Notes under the pieces: generated by a model
What the model saw: the letters and a program-made list of their open reading frames with translations, nothing else
What the model was told of the DNA's origin: nothing
The model's database searches: none
DNA from: Bacteroidales bacterium
GTDB lineage: Bacteria > Bacteroidota > Bacteroidia > Bacteroidales > VadinHA17
NCBI GenBank assembly: GCA_046329885.1
Contig: JAXLTU010000010.1
Location: 23,734-87,733, forward strand
Reading direction: 5' to 3'
DNA: 64,000 nt
Made by a program: the position numbers and the translations under genes
Shown: positions 57,002-64,000 of the stretch, one piece after another
Layout: each line of letters starts with the position of its first letter
How positions within the stretch are numbered: the stretch's first letter is position 1

Positions 57002-59638
57002 TTATTTAAGAGCACCTAGTTCCTTAAGGCGTTCACCTAGCGCTTTGATCCTGGTTTCTGCATCCGCCTTCTTTTTCCTTTCCATGTCTATAACCGCGGC
57101 CGGAGCGTTCTGAACGAACCTTTCATTATCTAGTTTCTTCATAACCGATTCCAGGAATCCCCTCGTGTAATTAAGCTCTTCCTCGAGCTTCTTCATCTCC
57201 GCCTCAACATCAAGCAGTTTGCCAAGCGGGATGAAGTATTCGGTTGTCCGTACCATGAAGGAGGATGCACCTTCTATCTTTTCTTTAGCAAGGGTTATGC
57301 CTGAAAGGTTACACAATCGCGATACCACGGGAAGAAAATGTTTATCGTACGATTCATCTCCTCTGATAAAGAGCTCCAGGCTTTCCTTGTTTGGTATATC
57401 CTTTTCCTTTCTTAACATCCTTATGGCACTGACAAGCTCTCTTGTCTGTTCGAAACTGGTCAGAAGCTGCCTGTTAAATTTCTTGTGCCCTGGCATCAGA
57501 TTTACCATGATACTTTCCCCATCTTTCCTTTCACCAAGCAATTGCCAGATCTCCTCCGTTATGAAAGGCATGAATGGATGTATAACGTGCATCAGCTTTT
57601 CAAATATCGAGACAGTCGATTTATAAGTTGCTTCATCTATAGGCTTCTGGTAATCAGGCTTGATTATCTCGAGATACCAGCCCGAAAAATCGTCCCAGAA
57701 GAGTTTATATGTCTTCATCAGGGCCTCAGAAACCCTGAATTTCCTGAAATCAGCATCTATGTCGTGCAACGATTTCCTCAGGGTATTTTCCATCCATTCA
57801 ATGGCAATCGCTGAAGCCGCGGGCTGATTGATCGTGCTATCAGTTTTCCATCCCTTCACAAGCCTGAAGGCGTTCCATATTTTGTTAGAGAAATTTCGTC
57901 CCTGCTCGGGCAGGCTGTCGTCGTAGAGAAGGTCATTACCTGCAGGGGAGCAGAGAAGCATCCCAACCCTGACACCATCGGCACCATATTTTGCAATCAG
58001 GTCGAGAGGCTCGGGCGAGTTACCAAGTGATTTTGACATCTTCCTCCTTTGCTGATCACGAACTATGCCAGTCAGGTAAACATTGCTGAATGGCTTATCA
58101 TTTGCAAATTCATACCCGGCAATTATCATCCTGGCAACCCAGAAAAACAATATTTCAGGAGCAGTGATCAGGTCATTGGTTGGATAATAGTATTTCACAT
58201 CGGCATTACCCGGGTTGTTAATGCCGTCGAATGAAGCGATTGGCCAAAGCCATGAAGAGAACCATGTATCGAGCACATCATCGTCCTGCCTCAGGTCGGA
58301 CAGAGCCAGCTTCTTGTTTCCCGATTCCTTTCTTGCCAGCTCGAGAGCTTCATTTTCGTCAAGGGCAACAACGTATTCCGTGTCGTTATAATACCAGGCT
58401 GGTATCCGGTGCCCCCACCACAGTTGTCTGCTGATGCACCAGTCACGCACATTTTCCATCCAGTGACGGTACAGGTTACGGAATTTAGACGGGTGAAGAT
58501 GTATCTGACCATCCATAACCGCATTGAGGGCTGGAACAGAAATGTCTTTCATCCTTACGAACCATTGGACTGAGAGTTTAGGTTCGATAACGGAGTTTGT
58601 CCTTTCCGACCGGCCAACCTTGTTATTATAGTTTTCTACCCTCGCGAGGCTGTCACTTTTCCTGAGTTCTGCCTCTGCCAGGTCTCTCGCCCTGAACCTG
58701 TCGACACCCACGAACAGACCTGCCCTTTCACTCATGGTCCCGTCATCGTTAAACACATCTATCGACGGGAGCTTATGCCTCAAACCTATCTCGTAGTCAT
58801 TTATATCGTGCGCGGGAGTTATCTTGAGACAACCTGTACCGAACTCCATATCAACATACTCGTCGAAAATAAAAGGTACTTCACGATTCGCCATCGGGAC
58901 GATTACCTTTTTCCCTTTAAGATGGGTGTACCTTGGGTCATTCGGGTTGGCACATACAGCCGTGTCGCCCAGTATAGTCTCGGGGCGGGTTGTTGCAACC
59001 ATTACATGATCTTCAGTGCCGGCTATGCGGTACTTTACATAATACAGTTTTGATTTCTCATCAGTATAATTAACCTCCTCGTCAGAAACTGCCGTCCTGG
59101 CTTCCGGGTCCCAGTTAACCATTCTTATTCCCCTGTATATCAAACCTTTTCTATACAGATCGACAAAAACTCTGATAACAGATTCGTACCTTTTCTCGTC
59201 CATCGTGAAAAGGGTCCTCTCCCAGTCGCACGAGGCTCCCAGTTTTTTCAGCTGCTCGAGAATGATACCGCCATGCTTCTCGGTCCATTCCCAGGCATGT
59301 TTCAGGAATTCATCCCTCGTCAGATCGCGCTTTTCGATACCTTCATTTTTCAATTTGGCAACCACTTTAGCTTCAGTGGCTATCGAGGCGTGGTCGGTTC
59401 CCGGAACCCAGCAGGCATTTTTCCCAAGCATCCTTGCCCTCCTGATGAAGACATCCTGGATGGTATTATTAAGCATGTGTCCCATGTGGAGAACGCCAGT
59501 CACGTTTGGGGGAGGAATTACAATAGTGTAGGGTTCGCGGTCGTCAGGAACGCTCCTGAAGAACCCGTTTTTCATCCAGTATCCATACCATTTGCTCTCA
59601 GCTTTACCCGGCTCGTACTTTGAAGGAATCTCAGTCAT
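57002..59638 (-). CDS. valS: valine--tRNA ligase
   Basis: ATG 59638 gives [10 protein letters not shown]; the ORF extends to 59665. It has the HIGH motif ([10 protein letters not shown]), KMSKS (RKMSKSLGN) and a C-terminal coiled coil. Confidence 0.95.
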   Translation of the reverse strand: MTEIPSKYEPGKAESKWYGYWMKNGFFRSVPDDREPYTIVIPPPNVTGVLHMGHMLNNTIQDVFIRRARMLGKNACWVPGTDHASIATEAKVVAKLKNEGIEKRDLTRDEFLKHAWEWTEKHGGIILEQLKKLGASCDWERTLFTMDEKRYESVIRVFVDLYRKGLIYRGIRMVNWDPEARTAVSDEEVNYTDEKSKLYYVKYRIAGTEDHVMVATTRPETILGDTAVCANPNDPRYTHLKGKKVIVPMANREVPFIFDEYVDMEFGTGCLKITPAHDINDYEIGLRHKLPSIDVFNDDGTMSERAGLFVGVDRFRARDLAEAELRKSDSLARVENYNNKVGRSERTNSVIEPKLSVQWFVRMKDISVPALNAVMDGQIHLHPSKFRNLYRHWMENVRDWCISRQLWWGHRIPAWYYNDTEYVVALDENEALELARKESGNKKLALSDLRQDDDVLDTWFSSWLWPIASFDGINNPGNADVKYYYPTNDLITAPEILFFWVARMIIAGYEFANDKPFSNVYLTGIVRDQQRRKMSKSLGNSPEPLDLIAKYGADGVRVGMLLCSPAGNDLLYDDSLPEQGRNFSNKIWNAFRLVKGWKTDSTINQPAASAIAIEWMENTLRKSLHDIDADFRKFRVSEALMKTYKLFWDDFSGWYLEIIKPDYQKPIDEATYKSTVSIFEKLMHVIHPFMPFITEEIWQLLGERKDGESIMVNLMPGHKKFNRQLLTSFEQTRELVSAIRMLRKEKDIPNKESLELFIRGDESYDKHFLPVVSRLCNLSGITLAKEKIEGASSFMVRTTEYFIPLGKLLDVEAEMKKLEEELNYTRGFLESVMKKLDNERFVQNAPAAVIDMERKKKADAETRIKALGERLKELGALK

Positions 59639-59766
59639 CAGTAAATTTTTAAATATCAGAATCAAGACGACAAAATTATAAAAAATACTTAATTTCGGCT
59701 TCCGCGCTAAACTGAACTGTCTGGCCGTTTGTTAATGTGAAAATACAACTTCAACAAGTGTACTGT

Positions 59767-60732
59767 ATGAAAAAAGCTAAAACAGTGACCATGGTGGTCT
59801 TTTATGCATTGCTGGTAATGCTGGCTGTTTCCGGTTGCGAAAAGACAAAGGAATCACAAAAGGAAATCAGTACCCGCGATCTCACAGGGGCTGTCGTGGC
59901 CGACAGCATTGAACAGCACGTGAAGTGGCTTGAAAACATGGGAACACGCTTCGCTCTCTCGCCAAACCGGAGGCAGGTTGCAGACAGGATACGAAAAAAA
60001 CTGGTTGGCTGGGGCTACCAGAATGCCAGCCTCGATTCATTCAGAATTTCGGTTTACTACAACGGTTCACTTTACGACCAATGGCAATACAATGTTATAG
60101 CGAAGCTTGAAGGATCGGCTGATCTCGACTCGGTCTGCATAATAGGTGGACATTATGATAATACCCTGCGTTCTACTTCCGGTAATCCGTTCGAGGGCGC
60201 TTATGGAGCAAACGATAATGCCAGCGGAACCGCTGCCATGCTCGAGATGGCAAGGGCAATGAAGAAAATTGATTATAAACCGAGGAACGATATCATGTTT
60301 ATTGCCTATGGTGCCGAGGAACTCGGGCTTCTTGGAAGCAAGAGCCATTCTGAAACTGCTTCTGTCTCGGGAATGAAAATCATAATGATGCTTAATAACG
60401 ACATGATTGGCTATGAACCGAGTGACAACAGCACAGGGTGGAAAGTCGATATAATGGATTATACAAGCTCGGGAATTCTAAGGTACAAGGCACAGGAACT
60501 CGTACATAAATACACCTTGCTCGATCACGTTCACGACAATACCTACAATAAACAGAGTGACAGTTATCCTTATTCACAGAAAGGGTACCCGGCCCTCTTT
60601 TTCTTTAGCTATTCTTTTGATCCGAATTACCACACTCTTTTAGACATTTCTCAAAACTGCAATTTCAAGTACTGCGCGGAGGTGGTGAAGATTTCCGCCG
60701 CCTTGCTGGTAGACGCGAATACATTCGATTGA
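59767..60732 (+). CDS. M28-family aminopeptidase lipoprotein
   Basis: ATG 59767 gives the lipobox LVMLAVSGC. Metal-ligand motifs are GGHYDN, NDNASGTAAMLEMAR and GAEELGLLGS. Confidence 0.8.
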   Translation: MKKAKTVTMVVFYALLVMLAVSGCEKTKESQKEISTRDLTGAVVADSIEQHVKWLENMGTRFALSPNRRQVADRIRKKLVGWGYQNASLDSFRISVYYNGSLYDQWQYNVIAKLEGSADLDSVCIIGGHYDNTLRSTSGNPFEGAYGANDNASGTAAMLEMARAMKKIDYKPRNDIMFIAYGAEELGLLGSKSHSETASVSGMKIIMMLNNDMIGYEPSDNSTGWKVDIMDYTSSGILRYKAQELVHKYTLLDHVHDNTYNKQSDSYPYSQKGYPALFFFSYSFDPNYHTLLDISQNCNFKYCAEVVKISAALLVDANTFD

Positions 60733-60743
60733 TAATTCCTGTC

Positions 60744-61589
60744 TCACCAGACGCAAATTATATCTGATACAGCCCTCGCACCCTCGTGGTCAAATTTCTT
60801 GTTATCACAGGGCATGTTTACAACTCCATCCCAGGGTTTGTTCCTGATCCATAATGTTGTTGATCCCCCGCCATCCAGATTCACGGCATCATTGCATTTT
60901 AGAAATTTCATGAACCCAGCGAGCATGGGGAGATTCATCCCTGCCGATTCTGCAGTTCTTCCATCAATAGTAACAATGATCACCTTGCGGGAACCTGAAG
61001 TACCAATGCATGTTCGCGGATGTCGTGTCACGACCAGTGATGATTCAGGGAGCTTCGCCGGCCTGCCATCAAGCAGTAGCAGACAGCCGGTAACCAGGAC
61101 ATCATCAAATTCAGGATGAGAATCGTACCACTGGTTTGTCCGCGATGGACCGATATGAACCCTGCCCTCCCTGTCAATCATCAGAGTACCGTTCATATTC
61201 GGTGATCTCTTCCATTTAGAGGCCGTATCGGAATCGACAATCCTGCCGTCAACTTTAATATAGGTGGCAGATCCTCCGTCTTTTATATTGAAGAAACCGG
61301 CGTTAGCGGCAGCGAGGGCCCCTGCAGCGGCAGCCTGTTTGCTTACAGGTGAATTGAGTGACGGGTTATACACCAGCGAAACAGGCCGCCTCCTCGTGTT
61401 TATGACCAGCACGTTAATGTTCTGCATCAAAGTGTCAGTGACCCTCGAATGCGCATGTTTGTAAACTAGCCCTGGAGCAATCTTTTCTCTCTCCCACTTC
61501 CCGACTTTGAATTTGTAGTTCTGGCCAGAAAGATCAGGCATGAAAACTATCGATAAAAGAATAAACAGGGGGAGGCAGGACCTTTTCAT
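60744..61589 (-). CDS. phosphodiester glycosidase (DUF2233/NAGPA-like) family protein
   Basis: 281 aa with a signal peptide. Strings typical of the family are ANAGFFNIKDGGSATYIKVDG, PRTCIGT and AVNLDGGGSTTLW. Confidence 0.65.
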   Translation of the reverse strand: MKRSCLPLFILLSIVFMPDLSGQNYKFKVGKWEREKIAPGLVYKHAHSRVTDTLMQNINVLVINTRRRPVSLVYNPSLNSPVSKQAAAAGALAAANAGFFNIKDGGSATYIKVDGRIVDSDTASKWKRSPNMNGTLMIDREGRVHIGPSRTNQWYDSHPEFDDVLVTGCLLLLDGRPAKLPESSLVVTRHPRTCIGTSGSRKVIIVTIDGRTAESAGMNLPMLAGFMKFLKCNDAVNLDGGGSTTLWIRNKPWDGVVNMPCDNKKFDHEGARAVSDIICVW

Positions 61590-61776
61590 AATAATAGCTT
61601 AACAGGATAAAAATAAGTGTTTTCGCGTTACATGTTGAAAATACATGCCGATTAAAAATGTAATACCCCGGGGTCAGCTTTTGCCAGCACCGGGGCAGAT
61701 TATTTTTGAACGGGAGTGATTGTATACAGCAGACTAACCCTTGAACCGGTAAACTGTATATAATTACACCGCAATA

Positions 61777-63075
61777 CTATTTTAGAGAAAACTGGATCGA
61801 AATTTTAAATTCGAATGGGGCATTGCTCCACTCTGGAATTTCGATTGCAGCAAGCTTGGAACAGGTTTTTATACATTCCTCTTTCAGGGCTAAAAGGCTA
61901 TTACCTGTCCTTACCGGATCAGCCTTTGGGGCGGATCCATTTCCATATCCCATCACGAAAACCTTATCGAGTGAAGGAATTTTCGCGTACTTGCTTAATT
62001 TTTCCTTCCCCTCGTTTGATGAATATGTATCCACTGTCTCGATTATCCCTCCTGGCTTAGCTCTCAGTATTATCATTACCGTGCCGGTATCCCCGTTTGA
62101 TCTTACGGTAGCAGGGTAACTTATGTTCATGTAAATGCTACCGTATACCTTTTTCAAGGACTCTGCCGAGAAAGGGTTTTTCTGGCTACCCTGTGAAAAA
62201 AGGTTTCCGGCAGGAGAGAATGCCAGGATAATTGCAAGTACTGCCGGAACCAGGATAAGGTTTTTAAAGGCAGTGTAAGCCGGTGATCTTTTAGTGTTAA
62301 TCATTTTGATACGGTTTTTAATATTAGTGTTGAAATTGTGAATCGCTACCGTGTAATTCCTTCCTGAAGCTATTCCAAGGAGGTTGTACTGGTATACTTT
62401 TATATCTTCTACCTTCCTGCAAGTGGAGTTATCGGCCATGTATTCATGATTAAGTATTATTGATCTTCTCGTGAGCCACGAGAACGGGCTGAACCAGAGA
62501 GCCGTTGTGAAAAGTTCAGCTAGTATCAGATCTGCTGTATGAAACTGTTTTATATGCACAAGCTCGTGATTGATAATCAAATCGCGTGAAGGATGATCCA
62601 TGTCTTTTTCAGGAATGGCCAGAAACCAGAGAAAGGAAAATGGTGAGTGATCATTACCGGTTGTCACCAGGGTATATCCGTTTAATCGCTGTGAACTCCC
62701 TGAACGCAGTAGCATGAGGGTGCTCGCTAAGGAGATCAAAAACCTGACTGACATTAATACTACACCAGAAATCCATATTGTAAACACCCACGACACGCCC
62801 GACTCGCCATCCGTGCCTCCGGGGGCCAGGCTATTGGTGAAACTTCCGGCATTCCTTACACTATCCGTGATTACCGTTAACACGTTCGGGGCGCTAGCGG
62901 GGGCTGACAGGGACGGTAACAGCGGAACAGCCAGCGGGAATAAAATGATGAACAGGAGCAAGAACCTGTTCCTCGTGTAAAAGGTGTCGTTCCTGTAAAA
63001 GATGAAGAAAACTATCCATAATAACGCGGACCCGACAGCAACTTTTAAAAGGTAAGATGTAATAATGGTGCTCAT
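61777..63075 (-). CDS. BlaR1/M56-family membrane metallopeptidase-type signal transducer with TonB_C-like C-terminal domain
   Basis: 432 aa. After the N-terminal TM helices comes the zinc motif INHELVHIKQFH (HExxH). The C-terminal ~100 aa (YPATVRSNGDTGTVMIILRAKPGGII...FEFKISIQF) resembles a TonB C-terminal fold. It starts 1 nt after blaI. Confidence 0.8.
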   Translation of the reverse strand: MSTIITSYLLKVAVGSALLWIVFFIFYRNDTFYTRNRFLLLFIILFPLAVPLLPSLSAPASAPNVLTVITDSVRNAGSFTNSLAPGGTDGESGVSWVFTIWISGVVLMSVRFLISLASTLMLLRSGSSQRLNGYTLVTTGNDHSPFSFLWFLAIPEKDMDHPSRDLIINHELVHIKQFHTADLILAELFTTALWFSPFSWLTRRSIILNHEYMADNSTCRKVEDIKVYQYNLLGIASGRNYTVAIHNFNTNIKNRIKMINTKRSPAYTAFKNLILVPAVLAIILAFSPAGNLFSQGSQKNPFSAESLKKVYGSIYMNISYPATVRSNGDTGTVMIILRAKPGGIIETVDTYSSNEGKEKLSKYAKIPSLDKVFVMGYGNGSAPKADPVRTGNSLLALKEECIKTCSKLAAIEIPEWSNAPFEFKISIQFSLK

Positions 63076-63076
63076 G

Positions 63077-63436
63077 CTATTTCTCCTTCTCTATTATTTT
63101 AATCATGTCTTCAAGGTCTTTGGCGCTAATCTTCTTCTCGTTTACAAGAAAAGATACCACGTTCTTGTATGATGAACCGAAAAAGTCAGTCACCACCTTC
63201 TGCATGTATGTTTTCCTGTATTCTTCCTTTGTAACAAGAGGGAAATACTGGTGATTCTTTCCAAAAGCCTTATGTCCCACTATACCCTTCTCCTCCATTC
63301 CCCGGATCAAAGTTGAAAAGGTATTGTAATGTGGTTTCGGTTCAGGATGCAGCTCCAGCAGCTCTTTCAGGAATCCCTTTTTTGCTTTCCAGAGTATCCC
63401 GAGAGCCTCCTCTTCTTTCCTTGTCAGTCGTTTCAT
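63077..63436 (-). CDS. blaI: BlaI/MecI/CopY-family transcriptional repressor
   Basis: 119 aa. The winged-helix N-terminus is RLTRKEEEALGILWK...NTFSTLIRGMEEKGIV, and size and organisation match penicillinase-repressor family proteins. Confidence 0.85.
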   Translation of the reverse strand: MKRLTRKEEEALGILWKAKKGFLKELLELHPEPKPHYNTFSTLIRGMEEKGIVGHKAFGKNHQYFPLVTKEEYRKTYMQKVVTDFFGSSYKNVVSFLVNEKKISAKDLEDMIKIIEKEK

Positions 63437-63457
63437 ATCAAATCGTTTACGCGAATA

Positions 63458-63479
63458 TAAAACTGTTATTCCAGTTTTA
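63458..63479 (-). promoter_or_regulatory. candidate BlaI operator 1: TAAAACTG-TTATTC-CAGTTTTA (8-bp perfect inverted repeat)
   Basis: Lies 22-43 nt upstream of the blaI start codon. A related AACTG-N6-CAGTT site lies 40 bp further upstream. Confidence 0.5.
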
Positions 63480-63500
63480 CAACTATATTTTTAATATTTA

Positions 63501-63516
63501 AACTGTTTTTTCAGTT
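63501..63516 (-). promoter_or_regulatory. candidate BlaI operator 2: AACTG-TTTTTT-CAGTT
   Basis: Has the same core half-sites and 6-nt spacer as the site at 63458-63479. The two centres are 40 bp apart. Confidence 0.4.
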
Positions 63517-63665
63517 ATAATATTTTACCTGCTGATTTACTGCATCTTGCAAACTTGCCGGGATCCAACACCCGTGACTACCAATACCTTCATTTGATGC
63601 TTTTAATCATGAATTCAATTATTACAAATTATTACATTCGCGATGTAACAATAGCAATAATCAAG

Positions 63666-64000
63666 ATGCCGGTTATATCAGAAAAAGGGAAGGCGATGCC
63701 TGCTTCACCTATAAGAAAGCTTGTTCCGTATGCCGAGGAAGCGAAAAGAAAGGGCAGGAAGGTATATCATCTTAACATCGGTCAGCCGGATATTCCAACA
63801 CCCCAGGTGGCCCTTGATGCAATAAGAAATTTCAACCTCAAGGTTATCGAGTACAGCCACTCGGCCGGGAACGAATCGTACAGGAGGAAGCTCTGCACGT
63901 ACTATAACAGGATCGGGATCAAGGTTGACCACACGGAGATGATAGTCACGGCCGGTGGTTCGGAAGCTGTCCTGTTCGCGCTGATGAGCTGTGTTAACCC
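63666..64000 (+). CDS. class I/II PLP-dependent aminotransferase, 5' fragment running off the window
   Basis: My own translation from the ATG at 63666 gives MPVISEKGKAMPASPIRKLVPYAEEAKRKGRKVYHLNIGQPDIPTP...VTAGGSEAVLFAL. SPIRK, LNIGQPD and TAGGSEA are typical aspartate/aromatic aminotransferase N-terminal motifs. The frame is open to the window end. Confidence 0.8.
   Translation, partial: MPVISEKGKAMPASPIRKLVPYAEEAKRKGRKVYHLNIGQPDIPTPQVALDAIRNFNLKVIEYSHSAGNESYRRKLCTYYNRIGIKVDHTEMIVTAGGSEAVLFALMSCVN

Noticed and set aside
61666-61695. Possible terminator hairpin CCCCGG...CCGGGG downstream of the blaR1-like gene
   Set aside because: It has only a 6-bp GC stem with an ~18-nt loop and no clear U-tract. 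It lies about 80-110 nt beyond the stop. This is too weak to call.
1-64000. CRISPR arrays, insertion sequences, integrases, prophage or defence-island genes
   Set aside because: I saw no direct-repeat/spacer periodicity and no transposase, integrase, recombinase or phage-structural motifs in any ORF. The gene content is housekeeping, transport and signalling, so I make no mobile-element call.

Overview
This 64-kb window reads as an ordinary chromosomal segment of a Bacteroidota bacterium. Lineage markers are a T9SS type-B C-terminal sorting domain protein next to a PorP/SprF gene, fused FeoA-FeoB and fused SecDF genes, TAnnTTTG-type -7 promoter boxes and many lipoprotein signal peptides. I can support about 52 protein-coding genes. 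I recognised no rRNA, tRNA, CRISPR array, transposase, integrase or prophage genes.

Gene blocks in order:
- SRPBCC protein plus photolyase, a DUF134 protein and a secreted GH42 beta-galactosidase.
- An eight-gene arsenic island, 4.8-9.9 kb: arsR, two thioredoxin-fold proteins, a CcdA-like protein, a COG0701 permease, arsC, arsM and acr3.
- A TIGR02757 protein.
- A TolC/adaptor/MacB-type permease efflux set co-oriented with a LytS-type kinase and a LytTR regulator, 11.1-16.8 kb.
- A hemerythrin/RIC-like protein, a LuxR regulator with a degenerate receiver, and feoAB.
- tatA and a lone LolD-like ATPase.
- exbB-exbD and secDF, both exbB and secDF interrupted by frameshifts.
- A second TolC/permease/adaptor set.
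- glmM, rluB, era and der.
- A tightly packed 14.6-kb minus-strand gene train, 37.0-51.6 kb: rlmH, a 1239-aa multi-TM histidine kinase, a 1.2-kaa glycine-rich T9SS cargo, PorP/SprF, a PD40+PKD protein, an unknown secreted protein and a Y_Y_Y-propeller/PP2C phosphatase.
- Housekeeping genes: a DUF4783 protein, nadC, yihY, glutamine synthetase, valS and an M28 peptidase.
- A blaI-blaR1-like pair and the 5' part of an aminotransferase gene.

Most noteworthy observations:
- The sensor-flanked T9SS cargo operon.
- Four frame breaks at short homopolymers, confined to 22.7-26.7 kb (exbB and secDF).
- A repeated ATTTCGG-N6-CCGAAA palindrome in front of arsR and of the next ars gene.
- A di-iron protein and pseudo-receiver LuxR pair upstream of feoAB.
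- Two MacB-type permease sets with no adjacent ATPase.
- A 127-aa Gly/Gln/Met/Arg-rich tail on an efflux adaptor.

All family assignments come from reading motifs by eye. No database search was run.
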